From assembly GCA_963702425.1 (NCBI GenBank), contig CAVPCQ010000037.1, positions 1-64,000 on the forward strand: 64,000 bases of DNA, given 5' to 3'. This document shows positions 27,702 to 35,718 of this stretch, piece by piece. This DNA comes from an uncultured Acidobacteriota bacterium. GTDB taxonomy: Bacteria > Acidobacteriota > Polarisedimenticolia > J045. Numbering within the stretch: position 1 is the stretch's first letter; every line of letters begins with the position of its first letter. The notes under the pieces were generated by a model. That model made no database searches, was not told where the DNA came from, and was given only the letters and a program-made list of their open reading frames with translations. Made by a program: the position numbers and the translations under genes.

Positions 27702-29081
27702 CTACCTCCGGGTCGGAAGCGTCAGCCGGTAGCGCCCCGAGCGCGTCGCGATCACCAGGTTGACGGCGCGCCGGTACAGCGAGACCGGCATTTCATCATA
27801 GAAGTCGCCCGACTTCTCGACCGGGCGGCCGTTGATCTGCAGGACCGCCATCCCCTGCGCCAGGCCGCGCTGGCCGGCCTCGGAGTCGGAGCGGACCTGG
27901 TCGACGACGGCGCCCCCGTTCTTGCCGTCGACGACCGAGAAGCCCAGCACCAGCTGCGCGACGCGCACGCCGAGATCGCGCGTGAAGGCGGTCGGCCGGA
28001 AGGTCCGGCTCAGCAGCTGCTCGTCGCGCCGCAGCTTGACGGTCGCGCTCCCGCCGATCCCGATCCGCGCCAGCGCGGTGTCGAACTCGGAGACCGAGCC
28101 GATCTTCTGCCCGTTCAGCTCGACCAGCACGTCGGCCGCCTGGATCCCCGCCGCCGCGGCCGGGCTGTCGCCGAACACGCGCCAGACGACCACCCCGCCG
28201 TTCGGGCTGGCCATCTCCGCCTCGTCCGCGGCGCCGAGGACCATCCCGGTCCACAGCGGCCGCACCCGGCCGAACGACTTCAGCTCCTCGTAGACCTTGC
28301 GGCCGCGCGCGATCGGGATCGCGAAGCCGAGGTTCTGGCCCGAGGCGACGATCTGCGCGTTGATCCCGATCAGCTCGCCCAGGATGTTCACCAGCGCGCC
28401 GCCCGAGTTGCCCGGGTTGATCGCGGCGTCGGTCTGGATGAAGTCGGCGTAGCGGACCGCCTGGCGGTCGGGACCCGGGAGCGAGCGGCCGACCGCCGAC
28501 AGGACTCCGACCGTGACCGTGTTCTCGAGCCCGAACGGGTTGCCGATCGCGATCGCCGTCTCGCCGATCATCAGGTCGTCGGAGTCGCCCATCCTCGCGA
28601 ACGGGAAGGGGCCCCGTTCCTTCAGCTTGATCACCGCCAGGTCGGAGTCGCGGTCCGAGCCGACGAGGTCGGCCTCGATCTGCCGCCCGTCGCGCAGCGT
28701 GACCGTGATCTTCGAGGCCTGCGAGATGACGTGGTCGTTGGTCAGGACGTAGCCGTCGGCGGTGACGATCACCCCCGAGCCGAGCGAGTTCTCGATCCGC
28801 TGGCGCGGGGCGCGGCGCTGGCCGCCGCCGAAGAACCACTCGAAGGGGTCGACGAAGTCGGCGAACGGGTTCTCGACCCGGGTCTCGGTCGAGATGTTGA
28901 CGACGGCCGGCGCGACCTTCTCGACCGCGTCGACGATCTCGTTGTGGCGCAGCTCGCGCGGCGTCGCGGCGTAGGCTGCATCGAGGCCGGCGCTGCCGAC
29001 GGCGAGGGCGACGAGCAACGGGAGGCAGGGGACCGCGCGGGCGGCCGGGCGGAACGGGGATGCGGCAATCACCGGGCACAC
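27702..29081 (-). CDS. degP: DegP/HtrA serine protease with 2 PDZ domains
   Basis: LGSGVI, TNDHV, DSDLAV, QTDAAINPGNSGG; signal peptide. Confidence 0.92.
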   Translation of the reverse strand: MCPVIAASPFRPAARAVPCLPLLVALAVGSAGLDAAYAATPRELRHNEIVDAVEKVAPAVVNISTETRVENPFADFVDPFEWFFGGGQRRAPRQRIENSLGSGVIVTADGYVLTNDHVISQASKITVTLRDGRQIEADLVGSDRDSDLAVIKLKERGPFPFARMGDSDDLMIGETAIAIGNPFGLENTVTVGVLSAVGRSLPGPDRQAVRYADFIQTDAAINPGNSGGALVNILGELIGINAQIVASGQNLGFAIPIARGRKVYEELKSFGRVRPLWTGMVLGAADEAEMASPNGGVVVWRVFGDSPAAAAGIQAADVLVELNGQKIGSVSEFDTALARIGIGGSATVKLRRDEQLLSRTFRPTAFTRDLGVRVAQLVLGFSVVDGKNGGAVVDQVRSDSEAGQRGLAQGMAVLQINGRPVEKSGDFYDEMPVSLYRRAVNLVIATRSGRYRLTLPTRR

Positions 29082-29136
29082 CTCGTCCGCGCCCGATGCG
29101 TCGCCCTCGGAAGCGCGGGCGGAGGGCGCGGGCCGA

Positions 29137-29571
29137 TCAGTCTGCCTGAACCGGGACCCGGCGGCTCCCCGACTCGTCGCGGCGGCCGACGACGACCTCC
29201 AGCACCCCGAGCTGGTAGGTCGCCCGGGCGCGGTCCGGGTCGGCCGATTCAGGCAGGGCGTAGCGTCGGACGAACGGGCCGAATGGGCGTTCGAGGCGCC
29301 GCGCTCCGGCGGGGTCGAGGTCGGCGGGGGGGCGGCGGACCCCCTTGATCGTCAGTTCGCCCGGGTCGATCCGGACCTCGAGGTCGGCCGGGGTGACCCC
29401 CGGGACGTCGGCCTTGAGGACCAGCCGGTCGGGGTACTCGTAGAGGTCCACCCGCGGCGTCCAGTCGCCGGAGCCGGGGCGCGCCTCGTCCCCGTTGCCC
29501 TCGTCGCCGCGGGCCAGCGCTTCCTCGAGAACGCGGTTGATCTTGGCCTTGAGCTCGACCAGCTCCTGCAT
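29137..29571 (-). CDS. Hsp20/alpha-crystallin small heat-shock protein
   Basis: WTPRVDLYE, DVPGV, ERPFGPFVRRYALP, ATYQLGVLEV. Confidence 0.9.
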   Translation of the reverse strand: MQELVELKAKINRVLEEALARGDEGNGDEARPGSGDWTPRVDLYEYPDRLVLKADVPGVTPADLEVRIDPGELTIKGVRRPPADLDPAGARRLERPFGPFVRRYALPESADPDRARATYQLGVLEVVVGRRDESGSRRVPVQAD

Positions 29572-29695
29572 CGTCCCACCCCGTCCGGCGCCGGCCGGGA
29601 ACGGCCGCAAGCCTTCCCTGAATGTACGGCCACCAGCGGGTCGGGACCGTTGATCGCTCCCGGGACGACCGCGCTCGGCCGTCGGCGGGGGCGGA

Positions 29696-29890
29696 TCAGT
29701 AGTCCACGGTGACCGCCCCCGCGGGGCAGTTCTCGACGCACTTCATGCAGTACGTGCACTCCGACGGCTCGGCCACCCGGACCCGTCCGTCGAGGATCTC
29801 GAACACGCTGGTCGGGCAGACCGCCTCGCAGGCCTGCGTGTTGTCGCAGAGGTCGAAGTCGATCTCGACGACGGTACCCGCCATGGCCAT
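29696..29890 (-). CDS. Dicluster ferredoxin (probably 3Fe-4S + 4Fe-4S)
   Basis: CDNTQACEAVCP and CTYCMKCVENCP; AGGAGG RBS. Confidence 0.88.
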   Translation of the reverse strand: MAMAGTVVEIDFDLCDNTQACEAVCPTSVFEILDGRVRVAEPSECTYCMKCVENCPAGAVTVDY

Positions 29891-29964
29891 CCCGCCTCCT
29901 GGTCCCGGGTCAACCATCGGTTCCGGCCCCTGCCGGGTCAAGACGAACGGCCTAGAATCGGCCC

Positions 29965-31293
29965 GTGTCGCAGCAACCTGAGGAATCCGGCCCCGGCCCG
30001 GCCGCTCCGCCGTCCCCGCTCGCGCGGCGGGCGGAGGCGGCGACGCGCCGCTTCCCGACCGAAGACCGCGGCCGGCGGCTGCAGTACCGTGGGGCCTTCG
30101 AGCGCGACCGCGACCGGATCGTCCACTCGCGCGCCTTCCGCCGGCTGTCGGGGAAGACCCAGCTCCTGCCCGGTCTCGAGACGATCCAGGTCCGGAACCG
30201 GATGACGCACACGATCGAGGTCACGACGGCGGCGCGGGTGCTGGCGCGGCACCTCGGGCTGAACGAGGACCTGGCGGAGGTGATCGCGCTCGCGCACGAC
30301 CTCGGCCAGCCGCCGTTCGGCGTCGCCGGCTCCCGCGCGCTCGACCGCTTCCTCACCGTGGGGCTGGGCCGGAGCGCGCCCAAGGGGACGGCGATCGCCG
30401 GCCCGGCCGGGTTCCACCCGCGCGCGCAGTCGCTCGTCGTGGTCGACCGGGTCGAGGTCCGCTACGGCCATCCCGGGCTCAACCTCACCGACGACGCGCG
30501 CGACGGGATCCTCAAGCTGCGAGGCGACAGCGCCGCGGTGCCGGAGGGGATCGACCACGCCGGCCTGGCGCCCGGCGAGCCGGCGTCGCTCGAGGCCCAG
30601 GCGGTCCGCGCGGCGATCGACGCCGTCACGCCGCTGCACGATCTCGAGGACGCGCTGTCGGAGGGGCTGATCGAGCTGGCGCCGGTGCTGCGGCTGGCGG
30701 CGGTGCGGCCGCTCGTGGAGCGGCTCGAGAAGGCGGGGGGATGGCCGCGCGGACGGTTCCGCGAGCGCGCGGCGCTGCACCGCACACTCGTGCACGCGGT
30801 CCTGTCCGACGTGCTGGTCGCCTCGCGCCGGCGGCTCGCCGCGGCCGTCGCGGCGTCGGCCGCAGCGGGGACCGCAGCGGGGACTGCAGCGGTGGCGGGG
30901 AAGCCCGCGGCCGGCCGGCCGGTCGTCGCTCCCGGCGCGCGCGGCACCGCGCTGATCGAGGCGGTGCGCGAGCTGGTCGCGGCCCGCGTGGTCGGCGCGC
31001 CGGCGGTGCGCCGCGCCGACGCGCGCGGCGAGCAGGTCGTGCTGGCGCTGCTCACTTCGTACTACCGCGACCCGCGCCTGCTGGACGACGCGGTGCTGCT
31101 GCGCTACAAGGAGGTCGCCGCTCGCCCCTACCTGCGCGACCTCCCACCGGCGCGGCAGGATGCCGAGATCGCGGACCACTACCACGGCCATCCCGCCTTC
31201 GCGCGCGTGCTGGCCGATCACGTCGCCGGAATGACCGACCGCTTCGCGCAGGATGCGCACGGCACGCTCGTTCCCGGCCGGAGTAACCGCTGA
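29965..31293 (+). CDS. dgt: dGTP triphosphohydrolase (Dgt)-like HD protein with degenerate active-site motifs
   Basis: [51 protein letters not shown]. Confidence 0.8.
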   Translation: MSQQPEESGPGPAAPPSPLARRAEAATRRFPTEDRGRRLQYRGAFERDRDRIVHSRAFRRLSGKTQLLPGLETIQVRNRMTHTIEVTTAARVLARHLGLNEDLAEVIALAHDLGQPPFGVAGSRALDRFLTVGLGRSAPKGTAIAGPAGFHPRAQSLVVVDRVEVRYGHPGLNLTDDARDGILKLRGDSAAVPEGIDHAGLAPGEPASLEAQAVRAAIDAVTPLHDLEDALSEGLIELAPVLRLAAVRPLVERLEKAGGWPRGRFRERAALHRTLVHAVLSDVLVASRRRLAAAVAASAAAGTAAGTAAVAGKPAAGRPVVAPGARGTALIEAVRELVAARVVGAPAVRRADARGEQVVLALLTSYYRDPRLLDDAVLLRYKEVAARPYLRDLPPARQDAEIADHYHGHPAFARVLADHVAGMTDRFAQDAHGTLVPGRSNR

Positions 31294-31721
31294 TGCGCCT
31301 CGCCGCCGCCTCGGACCACGCCGGTTTCCCGTTGAAGAACCACCTCGTCGCCTGGCTCCGCACGCACGGCCACGAGGTGGTCGATCTCGGCACGCACTCG
31401 GCCGAGAGCGCCGACTACCCGGACTTCGCGCACGAGCTGGCGCGACGCATCGTGGCCGGCGAGTACGAGCGCGGTCTGCTGGTCTGCGGCTCGGGGATCG
31501 GGATCTCGATCGCCGCCAACCGTCACGCCGGCGTGCGCGCGGCGCGCTGCCTGTCGGAGTACGACGCGCGGATGGCGCGGGCGCACAACGACGCCAATGT
31601 CCTGGCGCTCGGGGAGCGGGTGACGGGCGTCGGGCTGGCCGAGGCGATCCTCGAGACCTTCCTCGCGACCGCCTTCGAGGGGGGCCGGCACGCCCGCCGG
31701 GTCCAGAAGATCGAGTGCTGA
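31293..31721 (+). CDS. rpiB: Ribose-5-phosphate isomerase B
   Basis: [32 protein letters not shown]. Confidence 0.96.
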   Translation: MRLAAASDHAGFPLKNHLVAWLRTHGHEVVDLGTHSAESADYPDFAHELARRIVAGEYERGLLVCGSGIGISIAANRHAGVRAARCLSEYDARMARAHNDANVLALGERVTGVGLAEAILETFLATAFEGGRHARRVQKIEC

Positions 31722-31724
31722 GCC

Positions 31725-33653
31725 GTGCCCTCGCCGGCTGAGGTCGCCGGTCTGTTCGCGCCGGGCGGGCCGCTGGCCCGCGCGCGCGACCGCTTCGAGC
31801 ACCGCGCCGGCCAGGAACGGATGGCCGAGGCGGTCGCCCGCGCCTTCGCCGAGGGGCGGCACCTGGTGGTCGAGGCCGGCACCGGGACCGGCAAGACGCT
31901 GGCCTATCTCGTCCCCGCACTGCTCGCCGACGAGCCGGTGATCCTCTCGACCGGAACCAAGGCGCTGCAGGACCAGCTGCTCCTGCGCGAGCTGCCGATC
32001 GCCCTCGCGGCGACCGGTGTCGAACGGGAGGTCGCGGTCCTCAAGGGGCGGGAGAACTACCTCTGTCGCAAGCGCCTCGAGGAGCTGGAGACCGAGCCGC
32101 GGCTCGACCTCGCGGCCGAATTGCCGCTCTGGCCGAGGCTCGTCGACTGGGCGCGCGCCACCGGGAGCGGCGATCGCGCCGAGATCGGGGACCTGCCCGA
32201 CGCCTCGCCGCTCTGGTCGCGCGTCGACGGCCGGGCCGAGATCTGCACCGGCACGAAGTGCCCGCACTTCGACGGCTGCTTCGTCTACCGCGCCCGGCGC
32301 GTCGCCGCCCGCGCCCATGCGGTCGTCGTCAACCATCACCTGCTGTTCGCCGACCTCGCGCTGCGCCGCGCCGAGCGCGGCGGGGTGCTGTCTGAAGCGC
32401 CGCTGGTGGTGCTCGACGAGGCGCACCTGGTCGAGGAGGCGGCGGCCGCGCACTTCGGCACCCGGCTGACGGCGCGGATGGCGGCCGACCTGGCACGCGA
32501 CGCGTGTCGCGAGCTGGAGCGTTCGGACGGACGCGCGGAGACCGCGGCGCTGCTCGAGCGCGCGGCGCGCGAGTTCTTCCGCGCCGCCCGCCCGCCGGGG
32601 AGCGGCCGCGGGCGGGTCGGGCTCGATCCCGAGCGGGCGCGCGGCGACCTGCGGCTGCTCGCCGACGCCCTGCTCGACGCGCTGGAGGCGGTGCGCGCGG
32701 CGCTCGAAGGGCCGGGGGAACGGGCCGAGGAGCGGACCCTCGTCGCCGGCCGCACGCTGGCCCAGCAGCGCGCGCTCGACGACCTGCTCGACGCGCGCCG
32801 GCCGGGCGAGGTCGTGACGGTCGAGCCGCAGGGGAAGGACGGCGCGCTGCTCGCGTCGTGGCCGGTCGAGGTCGCGCCGCTGCTCGAGGAGGTCCTCGGG
32901 CACGGCTTCTCCAGCGTCGTCGCGACCTCGGCGACGCTCGCAGTGGCGGGCGCGCTGGACCGCGCCCGCGATCGCCTCGGGCTCCCCGACGCGGACGGGC
33001 TGATCGTCGCCTCTCCCTTCCGCGCCCGCGAGCAGGCCGCGCTCTACGTGCCGCGCGACGACTTTCCCGTCCCCGACGACCCGCGCTTTCCCGAGCGCTC
33101 GCTGCGCGAGATCGAGGAGCTGGTCCGGATCTCCCGCGGCCGCGCGCTGGTGCTGTTCGCCTCGCACCGCGCGCTCCAGCGCGCCGCCGAGCGGCTGTCG
33201 AAGACGCTCGACTACCCGGTCCTGGTCCAGGGCGAGGCGCCGCGCGAGCGGCTGATCGAGCGCTTCCGCGACGAGGTGCACTCGGTGCTGCTCGGGACCG
33301 CCTCCTTCCGGCAGGGGATCGACGTGCCGGGCGAGGCGCTCTCGCTGGTCGTCGTCGACAAGCTCCCGTTCGCGGTCCCCGACGACCCGGTGGTCGCGGC
33401 GCGCGCCGCCGCGATCCGCGAGCGGGGCGGCGATCCGTTCGCGGAGGAGCAGCTCCCGGAAGCGATCCTCTCGCTGCGCCAGGCGCTCGGCCGGCTGATC
33501 CGGTCGCGCCGCGACCGCGGCCTGCTGGCGCTGCTCGACGTCCGGGTTCGCACGCGGCGCTACGGGCGTGCCGTGCTGGCCTCGCTACCGCCCTGGACCC
33601 TGCTCGACGACCTCGACCAGGCCCGCACCTGGTTCCGCGTTGTCGACGGCTGA
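31725..33653 (+). CDS. DinG/YoaA-family Fe-S ATP-dependent DNA helicase
   Basis: EAGTGTGKT, KGRENYLC, Fe-S Cys residues, DEAH, SATL, GRLIRS. Confidence 0.92.
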   Translation: MPSPAEVAGLFAPGGPLARARDRFEHRAGQERMAEAVARAFAEGRHLVVEAGTGTGKTLAYLVPALLADEPVILSTGTKALQDQLLLRELPIALAATGVEREVAVLKGRENYLCRKRLEELETEPRLDLAAELPLWPRLVDWARATGSGDRAEIGDLPDASPLWSRVDGRAEICTGTKCPHFDGCFVYRARRVAARAHAVVVNHHLLFADLALRRAERGGVLSEAPLVVLDEAHLVEEAAAAHFGTRLTARMAADLARDACRELERSDGRAETAALLERAAREFFRAARPPGSGRGRVGLDPERARGDLRLLADALLDALEAVRAALEGPGERAEERTLVAGRTLAQQRALDDLLDARRPGEVVTVEPQGKDGALLASWPVEVAPLLEEVLGHGFSSVVATSATLAVAGALDRARDRLGLPDADGLIVASPFRAREQAALYVPRDDFPVPDDPRFPERSLREIEELVRISRGRALVLFASHRALQRAAERLSKTLDYPVLVQGEAPRERLIERFRDEVHSVLLGTASFRQGIDVPGEALSLVVVDKLPFAVPDDPVVAARAAAIRERGGDPFAEEQLPEAILSLRQALGRLIRSRRDRGLLALLDVRVRTRRYGRAVLASLPPWTLLDDLDQARTWFRVVDG

Positions 33654-35179
33654 TCCAGGTGCGGCCTCGGCGGTGCTGCTGCGGCGGCCGAGCGGGCGCA
33701 GCAGCTTCTTGGTGATCGAGACGAAGCGGTCCGCGGCTTCGCGCAGGTCGGGAGCGGAGCTGCGCGGGAAGCCGTAGACTTCCACCCGGACCCCGTCGAG
33801 CTTGAGCTGCCGGACGAGCGGCACGAAATCACCGTCACCGGTGGCAAGCACGGCAATGTCGAGGTGCGGCGCGGTGGCGACCGCGTCCAGCGCCATCTCG
33901 AGGTCCCAGTTCCCCTTCATCGTGCGGTCGGGCCGGATCCGCAGCGGCTTGCGCTTGACCTCCCAGGCCTTCATCTGCAGCAGGTGGATGAAGGCGCTCT
34001 GGTCGGTTTCCCGGGCCTCGACGAGGTAGGCCACGGCGCGCACCAGGCGGCGCCCCTCCGAGACCGTCGCCAGCAGCGCCTCGAAGTCGAGCCGCGCCCC
34101 CTTCTCGCGCGCACCGTAGAACATGTTCTGGACGTCGACGAAGAGCCCCACGCGCGGCGGCCCGTCGGAGCGCCCGCGCGCGGCCGGGGCCACCGCCGGC
34201 GGGGGCGCGAAGGGCAACGACCCCTGGGCCAGCGCGGCGCGCAGCGCCGCGACCTCGCGCAGGATCGCCTCCTGCGAAGCGGCGCCCGCCCGCGCCTCGG
34301 CCTCGTGAAGCACGATCATCTTGTCGAGCAGGTCGGCCTGTGCGAGGGCCCGCTTGCCGATCTCGCCGATCGTCTCGCGCCGCAGGCGGTCGGCGTCGCG
34401 CAGCTTGGCCATGGCGGCGATCGTGCGGCGCTGCTCGGTCGTCAGGCGGCGCAGCGCGGTCGTCACCTCGCCCGTGCGCTCCTGGGCCCGGCGCTCGTTG
34501 AGCTCCTCCACCCGCTTGCCGAGCCGGGCCACCTCGCGCTCGAGCCGCGCCCGCTCCTCGCGCGTGTCCTTCTCCCCGGCGCGCAGCTCCTTCAACTCGT
34601 TCAGGCGCCGGCCGAGCTGCTGCTCGAGCGATTCCGCCTGCTCCTGCGCGCGGGCGAGCTGCGACTCGAGGTGGCGTACGCGCGTTTCGAGCTCGCGCCG
34701 CTCCTGCTCGAGCTCGCGCAGGCCGGCGCGGTCCGACGCGACCTTGGCGACGTATTTCGGCCGGCTGCCCGGCTCCTCGCCGAAGGCGAGCCCGGCCAGG
34801 AGTTCGGCCGCGGCCCGGATCTCCGGCACCGGCAGCGCGGCCCGCGCGGGGCGCGCCAGCCGGTGCAGCAGGCGCGCGGCGTCGATCGCCGGACCCTCGA
34901 GCGCGGCGGCGAGTTCGTCGCGCAGGCGCTTCTCATCGGCGAGGTCCTGCTCGGGGACGTCCCCCCCGCCTCGTCGAGGAGCGCGAGCAGGGCCGTCCCG
35001 CGCCCGGGATCCTCGACCAGCATCTCCCCGACGACGTCGGCCCGGCCGGCGGGCGGGAGGTCTCCCGCGTCGACACCGGTGAGGCCGCGGAACCGCTCGG
35101 TGTCGAGGAGGCCGCCCACGACGAGGCGCACGCCCGGCAAGCCGAGCCGTTCCGAGTAGGTTTCCCAGGTCACCAGCAC
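33585..35179 (-). CDS. NYN (LabA/DUF88, PIN-like) nuclease with a long N-terminal coiled coil; apparent frameshift in a G7 run at 34961-34967
   Basis: FVDVQNMFY, KGNWDLEMALD, TGDGDF, preceded by a heptad-rich region. The upstream frame (LVTWETYSERL...) joins if the run were G8. Confidence 0.75.
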
Positions 35180-35245
35180 GTCGTGCCTCGCGAGGGTTCG
35201 AAACCTGTCGGATGATACCACGCTAGGTCCGCGCCCGGGGCAGCC

Positions 35246-35281
35246 TGCAAATCTTAAGTACTTGATGTGTAAGACTTTGCA
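35246..35281. promoter_or_regulatory. AT-rich imperfect inverted repeat containing an IHF-like site, between the divergent NYN gene and acpS
   Basis: TGCAAATCTTA...TAAGA(C)TTTGCA; TAAGTACTTGAT matches YAANNNNTTGAT. Confidence 0.4.
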
Positions 35282-35342
35282 AGGGGTCCCATGCTTCGGT
35301 GTATCCTTCCGGGCCTTGCTCGACGAGGGAAGGGGCCGCTGC

Positions 35343-35717
35343 GTGACGATTGCCGGGGTCGGCGTCGACCTGGTCGAACTCGACCGGATCCGCGGGGCGC
35401 TCGAGCGCCATGGCGAGCGCTTCCTCGACCGGATCCTCACCGCCGGGGAGCGCGAGTACTGCTACCGCCGGCGCGACCCCGTGCCGCACATCGCGGCCCG
35501 CTTCGCGGCCAAGGAAGCGGTCGTCAAGGCGCTCGGCACCGGCTTCGCGCACGGCATCCGCTGGATCGACGTCGAGGTCGAGCGCGACGAGGTCGGGCCG
35601 CCGCGGATCGTGCTCCACGGCGCCGCGCTCCAGATCGCCGGCGCGGGGGCGCGGGTCCACCTCTCGCTGACGCATGACAAGGGCGCCGCGGTCGCGGTCG
35701 CCGTGCTCGAGAGCTGA
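35343..35717 (+). CDS. acpS: Holo-ACP synthase
   Basis: GVGVDLVE, AARFAAKEAVVKALGTG, HLSLTHD. Confidence 0.95.
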   Translation: MTIAGVGVDLVELDRIRGALERHGERFLDRILTAGEREYCYRRRDPVPHIAARFAAKEAVVKALGTGFAHGIRWIDVEVERDEVGPPRIVLHGAALQIAGAGARVHLSLTHDKGAAVAVAVLES

Positions 35718-35718
35718 C

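Noticed and set aside
30850-30900. Short tandem repeat (GCAGCGGGGAC-like) inside dgt
   Set aside because: Encodes a low-complexity Ala/Gly/Thr linker; too short to be an array.
29965-33653. dGTPase + DinG as an antiphage or type IV CRISPR module
   Set aside because: rpiB lies between them, DinG is the ordinary Fe-S YoaA type, and no cas genes or array are present.
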